Shown here: positions 52,186 to 64,000 of the stretch, piece by piece
Position numbering within the stretch: position 1 is the stretch's first letter
Layout of the letters: each line of letters starts with the position of its first letter
Assembly (NCBI GenBank): GCA_039096225.1
Contig: JBBPEB010000015.1
Location: 744,001-808,000 of the forward strand
Reading direction: 5' to 3'
DNA: 64,000 nucleotides
Origin: Blastocystis sp. Blastoise
Taxonomy: Eukaryota > Protista > Bigyra: Opalinata
Translations under genes and position numbers: made by a program
The notes under the pieces: model-generated
The model's input: only the letters and a program-made list of their open reading frames with translations
What the model was told of the DNA's origin: nothing
Databases searched by the model: none

Positions 52186-54551
52186 ATGAGTTTCATCTTA
52201 AAGCCTGCCATTTTTGGATTAACAAAAGCACTTTCTGTTAGTTCAAGAAATGTTACAAATTCAAGATTCATGTCTTCCTTTGTGCATAATTCTCAACTCC
52301 GTTCTTTCGCAACAGAAGTTGAAAATCACTCAGAACCAATCTCTACACCTATCGATACTAATTTAAAAACAAAAAGTAATTATTTATTTATATTTAATAA
52401 ATTGTTGATTCATATTTAATGAATTGTTGATTCATATTTATATTCATTTTGTTTTTCTAGCTATGCAAGAAAATAAATCTGTCAAAGACAATTCATCAAA
52501 CAAAGAACAAAGTCCAATTGGTGATATTCCTACTCTATCAACAGAAAGTCTTGTAGATCGTAATCAACCCTCTGTTGATATTAATAATCCTGATTCTTAT
52601 AATGGATTTGTAGATTCTTTATTAAATATTATTGATAGTAATAAGAAAGAATCAGTTACCCAAGATGTTCAAGATAATATATCCTCTATTGTTTATTATA
52701 TATATATATATACTTTATTTATCATAATTATTTTATATATATTTATATTTCTTTCTCTTATATATAATAGATATATATTAAAAATAGATGATCTTTAATA
52801 CTATGTTTTTACATAAAGAACTTTTTAGCAGATCCTGTTCTCCGTAAAATCTATAATCAATGTAAACGTCATTATGTAAAAGAACAAAATTTAGCACGTA
52901 TGTTTATCTATTTATCATTTTATATATATATAATATATATATAACTATTTATGTATATAATTTTCTATAACTATATATATATAGCTGAGATTCCTATACC
53001 TGCTTCATTTGACACTGAGTTCTTAAAAATGTGTCAATTGGAAGCTATGATAGATCCATCTAAATCTACTTCTTATCATATACATAAATTAGATGCTCCT
53101 TCTATTGATCTTAAGAAGGAAATCGACTTTGAAAATATATCTAAAGATTTCGGTATATATTCTATATATATATACAGAGATTGATTATCTATTTAAAAGA
53201 AAGTTGTTTTTTCTTTATAAATAATATTATTATTATGTTTATATTTCATTAAATATATTTTCTTAGTATTTCTTATTATTTATATCTTCAATAGGATTAT
53301 ATTATATATATATATATATATAGAGTTTATTAAGCCAGAGGAAACAGTAGATGAACCTCTTTTATCTAATCTTGTATATATATATATATATATTATTAAT
53401 TATATATAGGAATGATAATTATTTAATTATTTGTTATATATAAATATATATTTAATAATAATAATAATATTATTATATATATATTTATATAGATTGATGA
53501 TTCTCACTTAGATGTACTTAAAGATACTTCAAAATGTGATCCTAAGAATATTGTTATACATGATATTATATATAAATATAAATATTTAATTGATCAAATA
53601 CGTGAAGCTTATGAATCAAATGGTAAAATGAATGATATAAATTTAGAAACAACAGAAGAACTCAAAGAAGATAAAATTGATATACCTTTAGAAGAAATTA
53701 AACATGATACTAAAAATATTAATGATCAAAATCTTGAAGCTACTGGAAAACGTAAAGAAAGTAGTGCTCGTGTTATATTATCGAAAGGAAATGGACAGGT
53801 AACAATCAATCATGTTCCTTTATATAAATATTTTTCATTAACAGAGCAAAGAGAGAATATTATAGCTCCATTCTTATATACACATCTTGATATCACTCAG
53901 TATAATGTCAAGATTCATGTTGCTGGGGGTGGTACTACAGGTATATTATTATTATATTATTATTATTATTATTATATATATTATTATATTATTATATTAT
54001 TATATTATTTATATTATATTATTATTATTTTTATTATATTATTATTATATTTATATTTATATATTCTATTATTTTTATTATTATTATATTCATATTATTA
54101 TATTATTATTATATTCATATTATTATATTATTATTCTCATTATCATTCCATATATTCTTAACCTTATTTATTTCTTTTCAAATTAATAGTATATTACCTA
54201 TTTATTATACATATATATTCTTTAGGTCAATCAGAAGCTATTCGTTTAGGTATTTCAAAATGTATTGCTTCTTTATCTCAAGATAATTATGATATTCTGA
54301 AAGCAGGTATAAATCTATTTTATTCTATTATTCTTATAAATATATTATTCTTTATTTTCATATTTATTTTTTTTTATCTAATTTTTCGCATTTATCTTAT
54401 TTTTTTTTATATTCATATAACAAATTATTATAAAATAATTCGAATCACAATATCTATAGCGGACTTCTTATATCGTGATCCACGTACAGTCGAAAGAAAG
54501 AAGGCAGGTAGACGAAAGGCTAGAAAACCTCAACAATGGGTCAAGAGATAA
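52186..54551 (+). CDS. MRPS9: Mitochondrial ribosomal protein S9 (uS9m) with presequence and long N-terminal extension
   Basis: ATGKRKESSARV..GNGQVTIN..VAGGGTTGQSEAIRLGI..RDPRTVERKKAGRRKARKPQQWVKR*; Arg/Ser-rich presequence ending LRSFAT. Confidence 0.92.
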
Positions 54552-54914
54552 ATTATTTTCTTTAATATTTCTCTAGCAGAAAAACTCATTACTCTATTTC
54601 TAAACCTTCTTTTTCATTCTTTTATATGTACTTATTATTTGTTATATATATCTTTTTTATACTTTAATTCTTATTTAGGTAATTCTCCTTTTTTTTTACA
54701 TTTTACATAATTCATATACTTGGGATTGTATATTATATATATATAGACTCTTTAAATTATAATCAACTTGTTTTAAATCATTTTACCTATCTATTACACA
54801 ACTATCTTCTTTTTTCATATAGTTTTATCTCATTAAAAAAATGAAACCAGTTTTTGGAGAACTTCTAAAAAAACCAACAATAAATTCCCTTGGGAAAAAC
54901 TTGAAGATAAAAAA

Positions 54915-54922
54915 GCGGGAAA
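54915..54922 (+). promoter_or_regulatory. E2F consensus site (GCGGGAAA = TTTCCCGC) upstream of RecQ
   Basis: Exact TTTSSCGC match ~160 bp before the ATG at 55077. Confidence 0.55.
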
Positions 54923-55076
54923 TACTTAGTTTAATATTTTTTTTTGTTTTCTTTCTATTTCTCTTTGATAATTTATTCAGATTTATTTGTTTATATACTC
55001 CTGAAATACTCTCAGAATAGAACATATAATCCTATAAATAAAATAACATATCATTTAGAATAATCTACATTTCGCA

Positions 55077-61713
<6,637 letters not shown>

Positions 61714-62049
61714 TACTATATATATATTTAATTGATTGTTTTGTTTTATATATATATATATTATTATGGATAAAATAACAATTCTGAAAGTATAATTTAC
61801 ATTAAACTTCATATACAAAACTTAACTCAATTAAAAAAATATATAATTATAACAAAACAAATTATAGAAAAGTTCATAGACTATAAACTACGTTAATCTA
61901 TACATAAGTAGATGCAATATAGATTGCATATGAATAATAAATATTCATTAATAAATAAAAATGAAAAATAGAAAATAAAATAATAGAAAATAAAATAATA
62001 GAAAATTACAAAAACAACATAAAAACAAGTATTATACTATAGTCAGTGT

Positions 62050-64000
62050 TTATATAGTATTTTGAGCCTTCATTATATTAATATAATCATAAGCATCTTT
62101 CTTTTGCTATATATAGAGAAAATTATAGTAATATATATAGAATAGTATTTATAAAATAAAAAATAAATTTTTGTATATATATAAAAAAATTTATATATAT
62201 ATATATATATAAAATACCTTTTCTACATCAAATCCTGAAGGTATTTCTTTTTCCATTAAGGAGACAACTTTGTCCACAACGGATTCAGCGACTTTCGTAT
62301 CAAGAAAAGAAAGTCTGCTACGACGAGCTATATAATCAATAGCAGTACAACAATATTCTTTTCTACAAGAGAAAACAACTTCTGCCTCTATATGTGGATA
62401 ATCTATATTCAAACGAGATCCTAAGTTCTCTGTCTTAGCTAAATCAGCTATCTATAGATATAGAAGATAAAGAAATGATATATATTCAATAAATAAATAT
62501 AAATAAATATAAATAAATAAATATAAATAAAATAAATAAAAATAATAAATAAAATAAACAATAAAATAAATAAATAAAATATAAATACTTGATAAGCTCT
62601 ATAGCCATAAGAATGTGCTAAATGATCTGCAATATCTCTAGGGAATGAATATGTATCTCTTAAAGTAGTAGATATTTCAGAAGGAATTAATTGTTGTTTC
62701 TTTTCATTAGCACCTGTAAGTAAGCTATCTTTTGTTGAACAACTTGTTTTCTTAGAAAGTAATTCACTAACTTTATTTATAGTTTCTTCAGCCATATTTC
62801 GAGTTGTTGTCCATTTTCCACCAACTATAGTAACTAAATTAGAAGGAGAAACATGAACTAAATGAGCACGAACTAATTCAGCTGTATTCTTAGCCTATAC
62901 ATATTATTCAAATAGTATTATATATAAATATATATAATATATTATATATATATATACTTTAGGATTTCTAACAAGAGGACGAATACCAGTAAAAGCAGAT
63001 TTAACATCATCTTTTGTAAGTTTTACATTTAATAAACTATATAATATAATAATAATATAATAATAATAATATAATAATAATAATATAATAATAATAATAT
63101 AATAATAATATAATAATAATATAATAATAATAATATAATAATAATAATATAATAATAATATCTATACCGATTAGCTTCATTAAGAATGAAATCAACATCA
63201 GTACCTTTAGTATACGGTCTCATAGTAATTTCACTTGGATTATCAGTTGTACCTACCATAACATTATTAATATATATGTTATTATAATAATAATTATATA
63301 GTATAGAATATATATCAATTTACAAATATATGAATAAATATAAATACTTATTAAGCCAAGGAAGCATAAAACACACTCTGCCATCAGCGGATTGGTTAAT
63401 TAGACCACGTCCCTCAGGACAATACTTACGATCTATTACAATATGAGTACCTATATAATATATATATATAATTATATAGTTTTATTTTATAAAATAAAAT
63501 AATAATAAAAAAAAATAAAAATAATAAAATATATAAAATAAATAAATACCAGAAGCAGGAATAATAAGAGATTCTTCTTTAGGATCATCCATTTTACGAA
63601 TAGTATCACCAAATACACCACAAGCATTTACTACAATATGACTCTTTATATCAAAGGAATTACCTGTAAGTACATCAGTTACATTTGCACCACATAATTT
63701 ATTCTCTGAATTCTTATTTAATTGATTTACTTAAAAAATATATATATAACAATATAATTTATATATATAAAATAAATCTATAATAATAATAATATATATA
63801 TAAATATACTTTAACATAATTCGATAATTCTGCTCCATTTTGTAAAGCAGTAAGAGCAATCATTAAGTCGTGACGAGCATCGTCATGTTGACCATCATAA
63901 TAACTATATAATAATAATAATTATAATAAAAAATTTCAAATAAATAATAAATAAATAAATAATAATAAAAAAACATACAGAATACCTCCTTTTAATTTAT
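62050..64000 (-). CDS. GPD2: Mitochondrial FAD-dependent glycerol-3-phosphate dehydrogenase, 3' part (5'-truncated by window)
   Basis: YYDGQHDDAR, NYVKV, VVNACGVFGDTIRKMDD, PASGTHIV, DGRVCFMLPW..VGTTD, FTGIRPLV, GGKWTTTRNMAEE, HLAHSYG, YPHIEAEV, IARRSRLSFLD. Two of the seven introns seen need TAA acceptors. Confidence 0.95.

Overview
A very AT-rich (roughly 20% GC by eye), intron-dense eukaryotic nuclear region in the standard genetic code. It is most likely from a Blastocystis-like gut stramenopile, inferred from an Ig/discoidin surface-protein family, bacterial-type YqhD and GH33 enzymes, U12-type introns and a TGTTTGTT 3' motif. I spliced 17 protein genes by hand (about 105 introns) plus one small ORF. 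In order: DPCK/CoA synthase 3' end, RUN-RhoGAP-ELMO-TLDc, a ~2,950-aa disordered nuclear protein, tandem ADF-H, LRR, EAF6, a membrane protein, UEV-pseudokinase, F-box multipass membrane protein, an Ig-domain surface protein, YqhD-like ADH, a second Ig-domain surface protein, sialidase, RPC31, mitochondrial S9, RecQ and the GPD2 3' end. There is also a 1,080-bp TA-flanked Tc1/mariner-like element with 291-bp identical TIRs. The most striking signal is the splicing system. Three introns with ordinary GTA donors in conserved proteins splice correctly only at TAA rather than AG. Three introns start with U12-like ATATC donors but none ends in AC. One intron is pure G(TA)31G, and many introns have mutually complementary (AT)n ends. 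A GC-rich E2F-like motif (TTCCCGC) is also strongly over-represented, both in promoters and inside exons. Product calls come from motif recognition only; no database search was run.
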